Positions 28,743 through 38,559 of a stretch of 56,134 bases of DNA are shown piece after piece. Below the pieces are notes generated by a model. The model was given only the letters and a program-made list of their open reading frames with translations, was not told where the DNA came from and did not search any database. Source of the stretch: Methanobacteriota archaeon (GTDB lineage Archaea > Thermoplasmatota > Thermoplasmata > SG8-5 > DAIRED01); contig JAZDNO010000022.1 of the NCBI GenBank assembly GCA_043799545.1, positions 1 through 56,134 of the forward strand, given 5' to 3'. Made by a program: the position numbers and the translations under genes. Numbering within the stretch: position 1 is the first letter of the stretch; each line of letters begins with the position of its first letter.

Positions 28743-29867
28743 TCACTTGACGACCGGGATGTGGGGCTCCTGACGGCGGCCCTGCTCGTGCATCATGAAA
28801 GTCTCGTTGACGCCCGTGACGACTATCATGACCTGGATGCGGCGCTCTATTGTCTGGTCCACGACCGTGCCCCATATTATCCTCGCCTGCGGCCCGATCC
28901 TGCTCTGCACCAGCGTCACAGCTTCCTGGGCCTGCTCGATGGTCATGTCCGGCCCTCCGGTGACGTTCACCACGACCCCTTTCGCCCCAGATATGTCTAC
29001 GTCCAGCATCGGCGAAGCGAGCGCATGTTCCGTCGCCTCCTTAGCCCTCGTGTCCGCCGGGCCGTCCGAGCCCCCTATGCCTATGACCGCGAAGCCGCCG
29101 CTTTTCATTATCGTGCGCAGGTCGTTGAAGTCCAGGTTTATCAAACCGGGTTTGGTTAGAATCTCGCTGAGGCTTCTGATGGAGGTGGCGAGTATCTCGT
29201 CTGCCACCTTGAACGCCTGGTTGAGCGGGAGCCTGGGAACCAGCTCCAGCAGCCGGTTGTTGGGAACCAGGATGACCGTGTCCGCGCTCTTCTTGAGCTT
29301 CTCCATCCCCCAAACGGCGTTCTCCATCCTCATCTTCCCCTCTCCCTTGAAGGGCAGGGTCGCCACCGCCACGGTCAGCGCGCCCGAGGAGCGGGCGACG
29401 TCGCAGAAGAAAGCCGCCGAGCCCGTACCGGTCCCGCCGCCGAGGCCGCATGTCACGAAAGCCAGGTCCGTGTTCTCCATCGCGCTCTTGATGGATTCCT
29501 CCGCCTCCAGGGTGGCCTGCTCCCCGAGCTTCGGCAGCGCGCCGGCGCCGAGGCCGCGCGTCGTCTTCTTTCCGAGCAGGATCTTCTTGGGGACGTTTAT
29601 CATGTGCAGGTGCTGCGCGTCGGTGTTGGCCGCGATGAACTCGACCCCCTGGACGCCCATGTCGACCAGCCTGGCGACCGTGTTGGACCCGCCGCCCCCG
29701 CAGCCCACGACCTTTATCTTGGTCCGCAGCTGCGACAGCATCGCCTCGAGTTCGTTGTCCGTTCCCGAGTCCTCGCTCCCGGCGATTGCCGGAACCTTCG
29801 AGTAATCCCTCGCGGAGGGCACGGCCGCTCTTTCCCTGGCAAGCGCAGAATCCACTATGGACTTCAT
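28743..29867 (-). CDS. ftsZ: Cell division protein FtsZ (second tandem copy)
   Basis: GCGGGGSN, NTDAQHL, CGLGGGTGTG, NLDFND. Start at MKSIV, preceded by a GGTGG SD-like motif. Confidence 0.96.
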   Translation of the reverse strand: MKSIVDSALARERAAVPSARDYSKVPAIAGSEDSGTDNELEAMLSQLRTKIKVVGCGGGGSNTVARLVDMGVQGVEFIAANTDAQHLHMINVPKKILLGKKTTRGLGAGALPKLGEQATLEAEESIKSAMENTDLAFVTCGLGGGTGTGSAAFFCDVARSSGALTVAVATLPFKGEGKMRMENAVWGMEKLKKSADTVILVPNNRLLELVPRLPLNQAFKVADEILATSIRSLSEILTKPGLINLDFNDLRTIMKSGGFAVIGIGGSDGPADTRAKEATEHALASPMLDVDISGAKGVVVNVTGGPDMTIEQAQEAVTLVQSRIGPQARIIWGTVVDQTIERRIQVMIVVTGVNETFMMHEQGRRQEPHIPVVK

Positions 29868-29891
29868 CCAAACCACCATCCGACATGAAGT

Positions 29892-29945
29892 GCGTCAGCG
29901 CATCCCATATCCGGTTGGGAATTGACGCGGAGCCATATAAGGTTT
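29892..29945 (-). promoter_or_regulatory. Promoter of the ftsZ cluster with a GCGTCA...TGACGC inverted repeat
   Basis: Minus-strand AAACCTTATAT (BRE-TATA-like) at about 29935-29945; inverted repeat 29892-29928 containing CGGTTGGGAATTGACGC. Confidence 0.5.
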
Positions 29946-29974
29946 AGCCTGCTCCCGCCGCCGCGGATTTCACA

Positions 29975-30661
29975 TCAACGGGCGCGAGTGTTTATGTAAA
30001 CAATCGGGTCCGCCGCCCCGGCCCCCGCGAACCCTTTTAGCCGCAGCCTGCATGAATCGCACTTTCCGCAGGCCTCCTTCCCCCCCTCGTAGCAGCTCCA
30101 GGTCATGTGCATCGGCGCGCCCAGCTTTATCCCCAGCTTGACGATTTCCCCCTTGTTCATCGTCTGTAGCGGTGCAACTATCTGCATGCCAGCGCCTTCG
30201 ACCCCCTCCTTTGTTCCAAGGTTGGCCGCCACGCCGAACGCCTCGATGAACTCCGGCCTGCAGTCAGGGTAGCCGCTGTAGTCGACTGAGTTGGCGCCGA
30301 TGTAAACCTTCGCCGCGCCCACCTTCTCCGCGTACGAAACAGCCAGGGCGAGAAAAACCAGGTTGCGCGCCGGGACGTAGGTGATTGGTATGCCGGGCTT
30401 GACCCCGGATTTGGGGACCCGCAGCTCCCCGTCCGTGAGCGCCGAACCGCCGATTTTCGCCATATCCACCCGAATGACCAGGTGCTCCTTCGCGCCAATG
30501 GCTTTTGCGACCTTCTTCGCGCTCCCGAGCTCCCTTTTGTGCCGCTGGCCGTAGTCTATCGTCAATGCGAAAATATCCAGGCCCTCTCTCTTCGCAACGC
30601 ATGCGGAGACTGTAGAATCGAGCCCGCCCGACAGGAGGACTACAGCTTTTTCACGGCCCAC
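29975..30661 (-). CDS. queC: 7-cyano-7-deazaguanine synthase
   Basis: LLSGGLDS, YGQRH, TYVPARN, GYPDCRPEF, TWSCY..ACGKCDSC. GTG start at 30661. Confidence 0.97.
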   Translation of the reverse strand: MGREKAVVLLSGGLDSTVSACVAKREGLDIFALTIDYGQRHKRELGSAKKVAKAIGAKEHLVIRVDMAKIGGSALTDGELRVPKSGVKPGIPITYVPARNLVFLALAVSYAEKVGAAKVYIGANSVDYSGYPDCRPEFIEAFGVAANLGTKEGVEGAGMQIVAPLQTMNKGEIVKLGIKLGAPMHMTWSCYEGGKEACGKCDSCRLRLKGFAGAGAADPIVYINTRAR

Positions 30662-31113
30662 GCGCCCTGCCCCCTGCTCTCGTCCACCCCTATCTCCACG
30701 CGCTTGACGCTCTTGGGGAGCTTCGCGAGCTTGAGGAATTTCTTCAGCGCGTATGCGGCCAGCTCCTCTGCCGATGGAACCGTGATGTCGAGCAGAACAA
30801 CGTCGTCCTTGGGGAAGCTGTATCGCTTTCCTCCCGCGCTGACCTGGAGGTTCTCGTCGTCGGCGGTGACCTCGACCGCCGGGCCACCCGTCGGCACCAG
30901 GACCCGGTGGTCCATCTCCTCGGCGAGCTGGCGCAGCACCTTCTTGATGCTCAGGAAATCGACGACCATGCCGTCGTCGCCTATGTCGCCTTCGACGATT
31001 GCATGGATTGCGTAGACGTGGCCGTGGAGCCTGCCGCACTTGTCGTGGCTGGGTATGAAGTGCGCCGCGGAGAACGTTATCCCTGCGAACCACCCGTCGA
31101 CCTCGATCCTCAT
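30640..31113 (-). CDS. queD: 6-carboxy-5,6,7,8-tetrahydropterin synthase
   Basis: FSAAHF..KCGRLHGH, VVDF, DHRVL, SAEELA. Start at MRIEVDG. Confidence 0.92.
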   Translation of the reverse strand: MRIEVDGWFAGITFSAAHFIPSHDKCGRLHGHVYAIHAIVEGDIGDDGMVVDFLSIKKVLRQLAEEMDHRVLVPTGGPAVEVTADDENLQVSAGGKRYSFPKDDVVLLDITVPSAEELAAYALKKFLKLAKLPKSVKRVEIGVDESRGQGAWAVKKL

Positions 31114-31291
31114 TGTGCTGTTATCGGCAACAGGGCTAATAAGCGTTTCTGAACAGGGATGGGTTCTACGAATTGGTGCGCATTTCGCAACCGTTCTGCG
31201 AAATGCCAGTGGGAGGGCGGGTGGGGGAGGTGGAGGCTCGCTTGTCTTGGCAATGGAAAGGATTATGGCCTCACAGGAGAATCCCTGCCCC

Positions 31292-31441
31292 ATGAAGAGG
31301 GACGGAAAGAAGAGGACCCTCGTCTGCCCCCAGTGCGGAAGCGCAGACCTCTATTACGAGAACGCGATGATAACCGGATACAAGTACCACTGCAAGGCCT
31401 GCGACTATATCGGAGCGCTGGTGCTGGAAAAGCGAGAATGA
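31292..31441 (+). CDS. Small zinc-ribbon protein
   Basis: CPQCGSADLYYENAMITGYKYHCKACDYIG. Start at 31292 or 31265. Confidence 0.7.
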   Translation: MKRDGKKRTLVCPQCGSADLYYENAMITGYKYHCKACDYIGALVLEKRE

Positions 31442-31488
31442 AAAACTGCAGATTTAACTATCCGTCGTTATCACCGAATGGATAATCA

Positions 31489-32724
31489 TTATCCGAACAT
31501 CGCGCCGGTGGAATTTGCGCGTGCAATGTGGTCCTTCAGCACCTTCTCGATGGCCTTGTCGAAGTCCGCCTCGATGACATTGTCGCGCCCGCCGCGGATT
31601 GCGAACATTCCAGCCTCCGTGCAGATGGCGCGGATGTCCGCGCCAGAGCAGCCGTCGCATTTGCCCGCCACGACTCGCACGCGGATCTCTGGGGCGAAGT
31701 TCATGCGCCTCATGTGAATCTTGAATATCTCCACGCGTGCCTCAGCGTCAGGCCTTCCGATGGTGATGATTCTGTCGAAGCGCCCTGGCCTCAGCAGCGC
31801 GTCGTCGAGGATGTCCGGGCGGTTCGTCGCGCCGATGAGCTTCACGTTGCCGAGCGGGTTGAATCCGTCCATCTCCGCCAGGAGCTGCATCAGGGTGCGC
31901 TGTACTTCCCTGTCGCCGGACGTTGCGATTTCGAGCCTCTTCGCCCCGACCGAGTCTATCTCGTCGATGAAGACTATGCTGGGAGATTTCTCCCTCGCCA
32001 TGTCGAACAGCTCGCGCACGAGCCTCGCACCTTCGCCGATGTATTTTTGGACCAATTCCGAACCGACGAACCGGATGAACGTGGCGTTGGTCTGGTGGGC
32101 CACCGCCTTGGCCAGCAAAGTCTTTCCCGTCCCCGGCGGCCCTACCAGCAAAACGCCCCTCGGCGGGTCTATGCCGACCTTCATGTAAACCTCTGGCCTG
32201 AGGAGCGGGTCTTCGACCGATTCGCGGATTTCGCGTATCTGCTCGGCGAGGCCTCCGATGTCATCGTACGAAACATCCGGTTTCTCTATGAGCTCGCCGC
32301 CGCAGACCAATGGGTCGAGGGACGGAGGAAGGACTCCCATGACCGAAAGCGTCTGCTTGTTGAGCGCCACCCTCGCCCCGATGACGAGGCTCTCCTTGGT
32401 CACGTACTCGGCCAGGTTGACGATGAAGTCCGGTCCTGTCGTGCTCTTGACCACGACCCTGCCGTCCCCGAAGATGTCCTTGACCGTACCGATGATTAGA
32501 GGCGGGGCCTTCATCCGTTCCAGCTCGAACCTTAGACGCTGAATCTCCTTCTGCATCCGGATGATCTCGCTCTGGAGGTAGCGTTTTTCACCTTCCCCGC
32601 GCCGCATCTCCTCCAGGAGCTGGGCGTTCCTCTCCTCGATAATCGCGATGCGCTCCTGCAGGGCCTTGGATTCGTCCAGCTGAGGCACTGCAAAATCGGT
32701 CGCTGGCGTTTCCCCTTCTGACAT
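31489..32724 (-). CDS. pan: Proteasome-activating nucleotidase
   Basis: Coiled coil, PP motif plus OB domain, GPPGTGKT, IDEID, REVQRTLMQLLAEMDGF. Confidence 0.96.
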   Translation of the reverse strand: MSEGETPATDFAVPQLDESKALQERIAIIEERNAQLLEEMRRGEGEKRYLQSEIIRMQKEIQRLRFELERMKAPPLIIGTVKDIFGDGRVVVKSTTGPDFIVNLAEYVTKESLVIGARVALNKQTLSVMGVLPPSLDPLVCGGELIEKPDVSYDDIGGLAEQIREIRESVEDPLLRPEVYMKVGIDPPRGVLLVGPPGTGKTLLAKAVAHQTNATFIRFVGSELVQKYIGEGARLVRELFDMAREKSPSIVFIDEIDSVGAKRLEIATSGDREVQRTLMQLLAEMDGFNPLGNVKLIGATNRPDILDDALLRPGRFDRIITIGRPDAEARVEIFKIHMRRMNFAPEIRVRVVAGKCDGCSGADIRAICTEAGMFAIRGGRDNVIEADFDKAIEKVLKDHIARANSTGAMFG

Positions 32725-32792
32725 TATCCGCTCCTTTCGTCAACTATATATCCCAAACACCGTATTTATGGTTTGCTCCGAGGTTGGACAAC

Positions 32793-33296
32793 ATGCTGTG
32801 CGAATTATGCGGAAAGGAATATCCCACGCTGCGCTCCACGAAGATAGAGGGAAGCGTGCTCATGGTTTGCGGGGCGTGCTCCAGGTTCGGGGAAGGAGTC
32901 CAGATTCAGCAGCGACCCTCGGCGGACGGCATGTCGGTCGCTCCGGTGGCAGAGCGCCTGGCCATGCGGGAGAAGCGCATGCAGGAGAAGGACATCTACG
33001 TCACCGCGGGCGAGGAGATGCTGGTCGACGAATTCCACGTTCGAATCCGCAGGAAGCGCGAATCCCTCGGTCTCAGCCAGGAGGACCTAGCGAAGAAGCT
33101 CAACGAGCGCAAGTCGATAATCCAAAAGATCGAGGCGGGCGACATGACCCCGGACGACAAGCTCGCCAAGAAGCTGGAGGGTGCGCTCGGGATAAAGCTC
33201 AAGGAGAAAGTGGCCCCTCTTGGCGTAAGCCAGGTGAAGAAGGGCGAGAGCAAGGGGATGACCCTCGGTGACCTCATCAAATACGAGAAGGAATAA
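32793..33296 (+). CDS. mbf1: Archaeal multiprotein bridging factor aMBF1
   Basis: N-terminal CELCG...CGAC Zn ribbon, cro-like HTH (SQEDLAKKLNERKSIIQKIE), C-terminal TLGD. Confidence 0.93.
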   Translation: MLCELCGKEYPTLRSTKIEGSVLMVCGACSRFGEGVQIQQRPSADGMSVAPVAERLAMREKRMQEKDIYVTAGEEMLVDEFHVRIRRKRESLGLSQEDLAKKLNERKSIIQKIEAGDMTPDDKLAKKLEGALGIKLKEKVAPLGVSQVKKGESKGMTLGDLIKYEKE

Positions 33297-33933
33297 GCTC
33301 TGCGTCGCAATTCTGACATCGTTTGTCCTCCTTTCCATTTTCAGCTCTGCCGTAAACGCGGCGTCGCCGACGGCCACGCACGTCTATCCAGAACCCGCAA
33401 AGACTGGGGAACCAATCGCGATAAACGTGACCATCGACCCTCACAACACGGTTCCCACATCCGTGGTCGCGTACTGGTGGACGAGCCTTTCCGAAACCAG
33501 GAGCCAGGCGATTCTCGCCAACGGTTCGGCGCAGCCGCAAAACTGGAAAGGCCAGATTCCCGCGCAGCCGAATCCGTGCGAAGTCCATTATTTCATCCAG
33601 ATTGACTACCTGTACTACAACGACAACATCGGGGCGCAATCCACGGACACCATCTATCTTCCAACCACTGGCAACTACCTCGTCAGCGTCAAGGGGGACC
33701 TTTTCGGCAACCTCTCCCCCCTGAGCGTCGGAATCGGAATTTCCCTGATGATTCTCGCCGTGGGAGTCATCCTCTACGCCCAGAGGCTCGTGGCCAGGAT
33801 TGCCACCAGGCAGGATGAAACAGCCACGGCAAGAAAAGAGAAGGCCGAGCCAGGGGACGGTGAGACAGACGGAACAGTCGAGAAGCAGGTGGAAGCTGAG
33901 GGCAGCTCTAAAGGCGCTCCGCCATCTTCTTGA
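33268..33933 (+). CDS. Secreted/membrane-anchored protein with one Ig-like domain
   Basis: Signal-like N-terminus, beta-rich core (WKGQIPAQ..VHYFIQ), C-terminal TM and charged tail. Start uncertain; overlaps mbf1. Confidence 0.7.
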   Translation: MTSSNTRRNKLCVAILTSFVLLSIFSSAVNAASPTATHVYPEPAKTGEPIAINVTIDPHNTVPTSVVAYWWTSLSETRSQAILANGSAQPQNWKGQIPAQPNPCEVHYFIQIDYLYYNDNIGAQSTDTIYLPTTGNYLVSVKGDLFGNLSPLSVGIGISLMILAVGVILYAQRLVARIATRQDETATARKEKAEPGDGETDGTVEKQVEAEGSSKGAPPSS

Positions 33934-34834
33934 TAGAGTCCATGTCAGCGTAATAATTTTCGCGCGGAGTCGAGCCTTCCTTGCGGGCCAGGTTCCTCGA
34001 CACCAGCGCCTGCAGGGTGTTCCTTGAGGACGCCTCGTTCAGCCCGGCGACGTGGGACAGGTCGTAGACCGTCGTGCCCTCGCGCTCGAACAACAGCATG
34101 AACGCGTTCGCCACCTGCTGGGGGAGCTTCTCGGCGGCGTAAACCCTGTCGAACGCAAGGCAGTCCAGCGGAGCGCGGAATACCCGCCCCTTCGGGGGCA
34201 GCTTCGAGGCCCGGAAGTCCTGCACGAGGCAGTTGTCCAGCAAGTCGACGGAGAAAGCAAACCTCGCCTCCTGCGTGTAGGCGCAGAGCCTCGCGCGGAA
34301 AGGCACGATGCCGCCGGAGGCCGCCTGGGCGTGGAGCTCGTCGAAGGGCATCAGCCTCGACTCGTAGGCGATGTCGCCTCCGGCGTTCGAGCGTGCCGTG
34401 TGTGCTTTGATGGATTCGGGAACGTGGAAATGGGTGAATTGCCCCATCACCATCCCCCTCGACTTCTTGAACCGCTCGTTGAAATTCCACTTCTCGAACG
34501 AGTACGGATCGTAATGAAAATGCTCTATCCAACCCATACCCTTCCTGCCCACCATTATCGACTTGGTCGGAGTGTCGTAATCCCAGTTCTCCGAGAGGTC
34601 GGGGTGGTAGAACCCGAGCATCATGTCCGCGCCGGGCTCGTTCGCGCACATCGCATCAAGGACGGATTTGAATGTATTGTCGCCGACCTTGACGAACATG
34701 TCCGCAAGCGGTTTCCTCGGTAGCAGCCTGTGCGCCAGCGCCGCAGAGCGGAGCTTCTTCCTCGCGAAATCGTCCACCGAGCCTTCGGAGGCGAGGGACA
34801 GCAATTTTTCCAGAATTTCGAACTGCTCTTCCAT
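33908..34834 (-). CDS. Hypothetical protein with a probable C-terminal winged helix
   Basis: 308 aa with host-like codon usage; C-terminal TTVYDLSHVAGLNEASSRNTLQALVSRNLARKEG. Confidence 0.7.
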   Translation of the reverse strand: MEEQFEILEKLLSLASEGSVDDFARKKLRSAALAHRLLPRKPLADMFVKVGDNTFKSVLDAMCANEPGADMMLGFYHPDLSENWDYDTPTKSIMVGRKGMGWIEHFHYDPYSFEKWNFNERFKKSRGMVMGQFTHFHVPESIKAHTARSNAGGDIAYESRLMPFDELHAQAASGGIVPFRARLCAYTQEARFAFSVDLLDNCLVQDFRASKLPPKGRVFRAPLDCLAFDRVYAAEKLPQQVANAFMLLFEREGTTVYDLSHVAGLNEASSRNTLQALVSRNLARKEGSTPRENYYADMDSIKKMAERL

Positions 34835-34948
34835 CGAAACCGATGACAGCGACGCGGCTAATATACGTTTCGTTCTTGTTTCAATGACGTAACGGGCTTA
34901 CCAAATGTATAAATCCCAGCCCTTCCATCGCCGCGCAAGGGCGATAGC

Positions 34949-36832
34949 ATGAAGGTACTGTACATCCACGCTGACCACATGGAATACGAGGTTAAGAAAG
35001 AGACGAAATTAGCTGAGAAGCTGGCGGAGGGCCACCCGAAGGGCCACCGCATGGAGGACGTGCTCGTCGTCTTCACCAGCGTGGAGAAGGCGGACGAGGC
35101 GGCGCAGGATGCTATCGTGGAGAACGCCTGCAAGGACATTGCGGATGTCTGCCAGAAAATTAACACGAAGCGCGTGATGCTGTACCCGTACGCCCACCTC
35201 AGCCCCACGCTGGCGTCCAAGGAGCCAGCAATCGAGATTCTCAAGAAACTTGAGGCGCGACTGAAGGGAGAAGGCCTCGAAATCCACCGCTCGCCGTTCG
35301 GCTGGTACAAGGCATTCGACCTGAAGTGCAAGGGCCACCCGCTTTCGGAGCTTTCGAGGGAGATAAAGGCGGAGGGCGGGGAGAAAGAGGTCGTCTCCAA
35401 GGCCGTCGAAGCGGAAAAGAAAAACGTGTCGACATGGTCCATACTGGACGCCTCGGGCAACCTGCATCAGCTGAAGCTTGACGACAACACTGTCAAGGGT
35501 TTCGATTTCGGCGCTAACAAGGGCCTGCGCGCGTTCTGCCAGTACGAGATGGCCAAGTCCCGCGCCTCGGGTAAGGAGCCGCCGCACGTGGACCTCATGA
35601 AGCGCCTGGAGCTCGTCGATTACGAACCCGGCTCGGACCCCGGTAACCTCAGGTACTACCCCAAGGGCCGCCTCATGAAGTCCCTGCTGGAGCAGTACGT
35701 GACGCAAAGGGTCAAGGAGACCGGAGGCATGGAAATCGAGACCCCCATCATGTACGACTTCGAGCACCCTTCGCTCAAGAGCTACATGCACAGGTTCCCG
35801 GCCAGGCAGTATACCATCCAGACTCCGGACAAGCGCGTCTTCCTCCGCTTCGCCGCGTGCTTCGGCCAGTTCCTGATGATGCACGACGCGCAGCTCTCGT
35901 ATCGCAGCCTCCCGGCCAGGGTCTACGAGCTGACCCGATACTCGTTCCGGGTTGAGCAGCGCGGCGAGCTGGCTGGACTTCGGAGGCTCAGGGCGTTCAC
36001 GATGCCAGACTGCCACTCGTTCTGCGCGGACATCGAGATGGCTAAATCGGAGCTGGTCTCGCGCTTCGATCTGTCAAAGGACATTCTGACCGGATGCGGC
36101 CTCGACGTGCCGGAGGATCTGGAGTTCGCCATGCGCGTCACGAGGAAGTTCTACGAGGAGAACAAGGAGTTCATGGTCGGCCTGGTCAAGCGCTGGGGGA
36201 AGCCCGCGCTCGTTGAGATGTGGGAGGACCAGTTCTTCTACTTCATCTTCAAGTACGAGTGGAACTTCGTGGACACGTTGGAGAAGGCGAGCGCCCTCAA
36301 CACTGACCAGATTGACACCGAGAACGCGGAGCGCTACGGAATAACCTACGTCGGGGCGGACGGCCAGAAGCACTTCCCGTATATCCTGCACCAGAGCCCG
36401 TCGGGCGCAATCGAGCGCGTGATTTACGCCATGCTGGAAAAGGCGCACATGAAGGGCCAGAAAGGTGAGAAGCCCTCGTTCCCGATGTGGCTGGCGCCGA
36501 CGCAGGTCAGGCTCATCCCCGTCTCGGGGCAGTTCACGCAGGACTGCGTGGAAATCGCGCAGAAGCTGGGTTGCAGGGCCGATGTTGACGACCGCGAGGA
36601 CACTGTCGGGAAGAAGATTCGCGAGGCCGAACGGGAATGGGTTCCAATCATAATCGTCTTTGGCGACAAGGAGAAGGCAAGCGGCACGCTCAACGCGCGA
36701 CTGCGCGACGGCTCGGGGAAAGAATTCACGGTCGACTCCCTGGCAGACCATATAAAGGAATTGACGAAAGGCTACCCATACTCAGGGCTCGCCCTGCCCA
36801 TGCTTCTGGGAAAGCGTTTCGCATTCAGGTGA
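34949..36832 (+). CDS. thrS: Archaeal-type threonine--tRNA ligase with N-terminal editing domain
   Basis: MKVLYIHAD..LYPYAHLS..PFGWYKAF editing domain; LRFAACFG, RLRAFTMPDCH, HQSPSGAIER; C-terminal anticodon-binding domain. Confidence 0.97.
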   Translation: MKVLYIHADHMEYEVKKETKLAEKLAEGHPKGHRMEDVLVVFTSVEKADEAAQDAIVENACKDIADVCQKINTKRVMLYPYAHLSPTLASKEPAIEILKKLEARLKGEGLEIHRSPFGWYKAFDLKCKGHPLSELSREIKAEGGEKEVVSKAVEAEKKNVSTWSILDASGNLHQLKLDDNTVKGFDFGANKGLRAFCQYEMAKSRASGKEPPHVDLMKRLELVDYEPGSDPGNLRYYPKGRLMKSLLEQYVTQRVKETGGMEIETPIMYDFEHPSLKSYMHRFPARQYTIQTPDKRVFLRFAACFGQFLMMHDAQLSYRSLPARVYELTRYSFRVEQRGELAGLRRLRAFTMPDCHSFCADIEMAKSELVSRFDLSKDILTGCGLDVPEDLEFAMRVTRKFYEENKEFMVGLVKRWGKPALVEMWEDQFFYFIFKYEWNFVDTLEKASALNTDQIDTENAERYGITYVGADGQKHFPYILHQSPSGAIERVIYAMLEKAHMKGQKGEKPSFPMWLAPTQVRLIPVSGQFTQDCVEIAQKLGCRADVDDREDTVGKKIREAEREWVPIIIVFGDKEKASGTLNARLRDGSGKEFTVDSLADHIKELTKGYPYSGLALPMLLGKRFAFR

Positions 36833-36839
36833 GCTTTCT

Positions 36840-38558
36840 TTGAGCAAAAGCAATTCTCGCGCTCCGGCCCGGCTCCTGAAGGCGCAGGGCTTGGACCGGG
36901 AGTTCGACGGAAAAAGGGTGCTGCAGGACGCGAACTTCTTCATCGACTCGGGGGAGAAGGTCGGGATAATCGGCGCGAACGGCTCGGGAAAGACCACTTT
37001 CCTAAGGATACTCGCCGGAGACGTCGAGCCGGACGCTGGCACAATTGAAATGAAAAACGGTGTCTCGGTCGCGGAGATGAGCCAGCATTTCTCAATCGAC
37101 CCCTCGACCCCGGTTTCAGAGGCGCTCGCCTGTGCGGACAGCCTCTTCCTCCTGCCGGAAATGCAGCCGAGGCGCGAGGTCGTGCGGCTCGACGGCGAGA
37201 CCTGGCGCAAGCTCGCGGACAGGCTCGATGTTACAGTTGAGATGCAGCGGAGGACAGTGGCGGAACTCAGCGGGGGGGAGCGGACAAAGGTCGCGCTCGT
37301 CAGGGCGCTGGCGTCGGCCCGGAATTCAGACTTAGTGCTTCTGGACGAGCCCACGAGCCACCTGGACATACCGACGATGGAATGGCTGGAGAGGGCGGTA
37401 TCGGGGTTGAGGTGCGCCGCCTTGGTAGTATCTCACGACAGGTATTTCCTGGACAGGACGGTGACCAGAATCGTCGAACTGGCAGATGGGCATCTCACCA
37501 GCCACATCGGCAACTACACCGCCTACGCCATTCGGAAAGAAGCGGCCAGGCGGGAGATGGAAGCCAGGCATAGAAAGCAGCAGGCAGAGATTGAGCGCAT
37601 CGAGACCTCCATCACCGAGATGCGCAGGCGGTGGGCCTACGACCCAGGCAGGTACAGGATGAAGGAGAAGGCACTGGAGAGGATGGAGCTTGTGGACTCC
37701 CCGCAAGAGTCCAAGGGTCCGGCAGGCATGGACTTCGCGCACAGTGCCAAGACGGGGCGGGAGATGGCCGTCTTCGACCGCGTGAGCTTCTCGCGGGACG
37801 ACCGTAAGGTACTTGAAAACATATCGTTCACAATCGAGAACGGCGAGAAGGTCGGCCTCATCGGTTCGAACGGCTCTGGAAAGAGCACCATGGCCAAGCT
37901 CCTCACCCTGAGGCTGGAGCCGGACGAGGGGCGCGTGAACCTTGTCGGCAAGACGATTCCCGGCTACTTCGCCCAGGAGCACGAGGGCCTGGACCATGAT
38001 TCGACCGCGCTGGAGGAGTTAGGGCGCACCCACCCCGAGATGCAGGACTCCACTATAACGGGGCTGCTGGCAATGATGGGGCTCGGCAAGGAGGCCGCGA
38101 GGAAGACCGTGAGCCAGCTCAGCGGAGGCGAGAGGGCGAAACTCGCTCTGCTGAAGCTCGTTCTGTCGCCGTCGAACCTGCTGGTGCTCGACGAGCCGAC
38201 GAACTATCTCGACTCCGCGTCCCGCGAGGCCGTGGAGGAGGCGCTCCTGGCATACGAGGGGGCGATCCTGCTGGTCACCCACGACCGGTACCTGCTCGAC
38301 AAGGTCGCGTCGCGGATTTTCGCCCTCGACGGCGGGTGTCTGGACAGCTTCCCCGGCAATTATTCCGCTTACCGCGGAAGGCGCAGGGTCGGGCTTGGAA
38401 AGGGCGGCAGGAACGCGTACGTCGTCGTGAAGAACTACACTGACTGGTCGACGAGGAAGAAATACAAAATCGGCCAGGTGCTGGAGCTCACCCCGGACCA
38501 GGAGGACGCGCAGAAGTGGGCGATTGAGAACAAGGCGATAGTGCCGAAAGAGGAATGA
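36840..38558 (+). CDS. ABC-F family translation-associated ATPase
   Basis: Two ABC domains (GANGSGKT/LSGGE/LLDEPT and GSNGSGKS/LSGGE/LDEPTN), helical linker, no TM segments. TTG start. Confidence 0.93.
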   Translation: MSKSNSRAPARLLKAQGLDREFDGKRVLQDANFFIDSGEKVGIIGANGSGKTTFLRILAGDVEPDAGTIEMKNGVSVAEMSQHFSIDPSTPVSEALACADSLFLLPEMQPRREVVRLDGETWRKLADRLDVTVEMQRRTVAELSGGERTKVALVRALASARNSDLVLLDEPTSHLDIPTMEWLERAVSGLRCAALVVSHDRYFLDRTVTRIVELADGHLTSHIGNYTAYAIRKEAARREMEARHRKQQAEIERIETSITEMRRRWAYDPGRYRMKEKALERMELVDSPQESKGPAGMDFAHSAKTGREMAVFDRVSFSRDDRKVLENISFTIENGEKVGLIGSNGSGKSTMAKLLTLRLEPDEGRVNLVGKTIPGYFAQEHEGLDHDSTALEELGRTHPEMQDSTITGLLAMMGLGKEAARKTVSQLSGGERAKLALLKLVLSPSNLLVLDEPTNYLDSASREAVEEALLAYEGAILLVTHDRYLLDKVASRIFALDGGCLDSFPGNYSAYRGRRRVGLGKGGRNAYVVVKNYTDWSTRKKYKIGQVLELTPDQEDAQKWAIENKAIVPKEE

Positions 38559-38559
38559 A

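Noticed and set aside
29975-31113. queC/queD as a DNA-modification (Dpd) defence system
   Set aside because: Host-like composition and no dpdA or other dpd genes; archaeosine precursor synthesis is the simpler explanation.
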